Assembly (NCBI GenBank): GCA_918797485.1
Contig: CAKKNE010000006.1
Span: 2,914,001 to 2,978,000, forward strand
From: Pelagomonas calceolata
Taxonomy: Eukaryota
DNA: 64,000 nt
Direction of reading: 5' to 3'
Below the pieces are notes generated by a model, which searched no databases, was not told where the DNA came from, and worked only from the letters and a program-made list of their open reading frames with translations. The stretch's first letter is position 1. Each line of letters opens with the position of its first letter. Shown here piece after piece: positions 62,736 through 64,000 of this stretch. The translations under genes were made by a program, and so were the position numbers.

Positions 62736-64000
62736 CTAGAGTTCACCGCGATCGCCCGGCCCGCGCACCGTCCGCGCGTTGCCCGAGTCGTCAGCAACGC
62801 GCAGCTCGAAGGGGTAGTCGCCGCCCGGCAGCTCTCCATGCAAAGCGTGCCATGCTTCGTGACCCCAGACCAAGGACCACTTCACCTCCGACGCGAGTCT
62901 ATCGAGCTCGGCGAGGTGCCACCGGCCGTGCGACCAAGAAACCTCGACGGACGCCACCACCCCACCGACGTCCGACGCGGCTCCCGACAAGCGAAGGACG
63001 CCGTCCTCCAAATTAGCGTAGAGCAGCGACGCCGTCGGCGCCTCATTATCAGTGATATCATCGACGAGCACGAGCGACTCATGTAAAGAACCAGGCAGCA
63101 CGCCCTGCATCCGGAAGACATTCACCGTCAATTGTTGCAAGTCACGCACGACACCCGCCGTATCCATCTCGACCCTGATGCTATACTTGTTCTGGCGCTG
63201 CGGGTCGTTCGCGTCGTGAACGTCGTCGAGCGCCCAGGCCCACTGCACGGTCCCGCTCCCGAAGGTCCAAGCTTTTGATTCTTCATGACGAGACAGTACC
63301 AGGTTGTGCGTCGCGCTGCAGGAGTCGAAGACGGCGCCCACGTCTCGTAGGCATTGGACGTTGTCCACCGTCGTAGATGATAAACGGTGAAGGTTCGGTG
63401 GCGACCAGCCGTTGTCGACGACCTCGTCCCACTCGTGGCCCAGCACGCCCTTCGGCGTATGGTATGAATGACCTTGGGCGACGGACGTGTTGCGCCAGGC
63501 GCGATGCCGCCCGAAGCGCTCGCCATCGACAAACAACGAATCGACGCGCTGGGCGTTGGCCACGAACATGTGTCCAGATAAAGCGTTCTCCGGCCTCGAA
63601 CCGCGGGGATTGATCGGTCGCGAGTCTCTAAAAGTACCGGTCCAGACGTCGTGCCTATCCATCTTTCTTATGTTTTGCGTCTCCTTGTAGCAGATCATGG
63701 TCCGGCCCTCGAAGCGCACGGCCCAGTAGGCCTCGTTCGCGCTCCAGAAGTTGAGGTGGACGCCTCTACGTCTCGCGCGCTCGATCGCGTCGCGCTGGCC
63801 GTAAGTCCAGTACTCCTGTGTGGGAATCAATTTCGGGCGCCCCACGCCATCGCCGCGATGCTGTCTCCGTAGCAGCGTCTGCTCGATGGCGTTCTCAGAA
63901 CTCACTGGTTGATTTCCACACAGGACGCGACGTCATGCCCCACGGATAAGTAGGCCCGCGACCGCTTCAGGATATTGTCCGCGTGCTTCCCCGATAGATC
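62736..64000 (-). CDS. N,N-dimethylformamidase large-subunit-like protein, 5'-truncated by the window edge; exons >64000-63932 and 63815-62736
   Basis: Splicing restores YLSVGHD|EYWT; GVHLNFWSANEAYWAVRFE, PENALSG, LGHEWD and TFGSGTVQWAWALD motifs; C-terminal Ig-like segment; ends RGEL. Confidence 0.8.
63816..63931 (-). mobile_element. Introner element (108 bp, 63816-63923); 116-nt GT-AG intron
   Basis: TIRs CTGTGTGGGAATCAA / TTGATTTCCACACAG; donor lies exactly 8 nt outside the TIR, but those 8 nt do not match the exon copy. Confidence 0.9.

Noticed and set aside
1..64000. Autonomous transposase, tRNA or rRNA genes
   Set aside because: None recognisable by eye; tRNAscan/Infernal and HMM searches would be needed to exclude them formally.

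Overview
Gene-dense, GC-rich eukaryotic nuclear DNA with about 33 compact protein-coding genes. It is most consistent with a pelagophyte alga (Pelagomonas/Aureococcus-like); this is an inference from stramenopile-type bipartite plastid presequences, a ciliary gene and the intron type. I saw no rRNA, tRNA, CRISPR array or transposase. Four main observations: (1) All 9 introns I could resolve look derived from one non-autonomous DNA transposon (introner) family. The clearest copies have CTGTGTGGAAATCAA...TTGATTTCCACACAG inverted ends and an 8-bp target-site duplication that supplies the GT/GC donor, so splicing restores the pre-insertion coding sequence; copies range from intact to heavily decayed. 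(2) A ~21-bp CTAG-bounded motif (CTAGTGTCTTACRGCCGCTAG) recurs in about 11 upstream or divergent-promoter regions. (3) There are candidate immune/signalling receptors: a myristoylation- and CaaX-motif-bearing RelA/SpoT-like nucleotidyltransferase fused to 16 hypervariable 42-aa TPRs, and a 7-blade FG-GAP propeller-TM-MLKL-like helical bundle-kinase receptor with a kinase-less, GPI-anchor-like paralog. (4) Other fusions include PARP6/8-like-UBE2Q-like and hydantoin racemase-LYR. Housekeeping genes include SDHB, VPS25, a ~4025-aa DNA-PKcs, UDP-sugar pyrophosphorylase and a CDK9/CDKC-like kinase. All domain calls are motif recognition by eye, not database searches.
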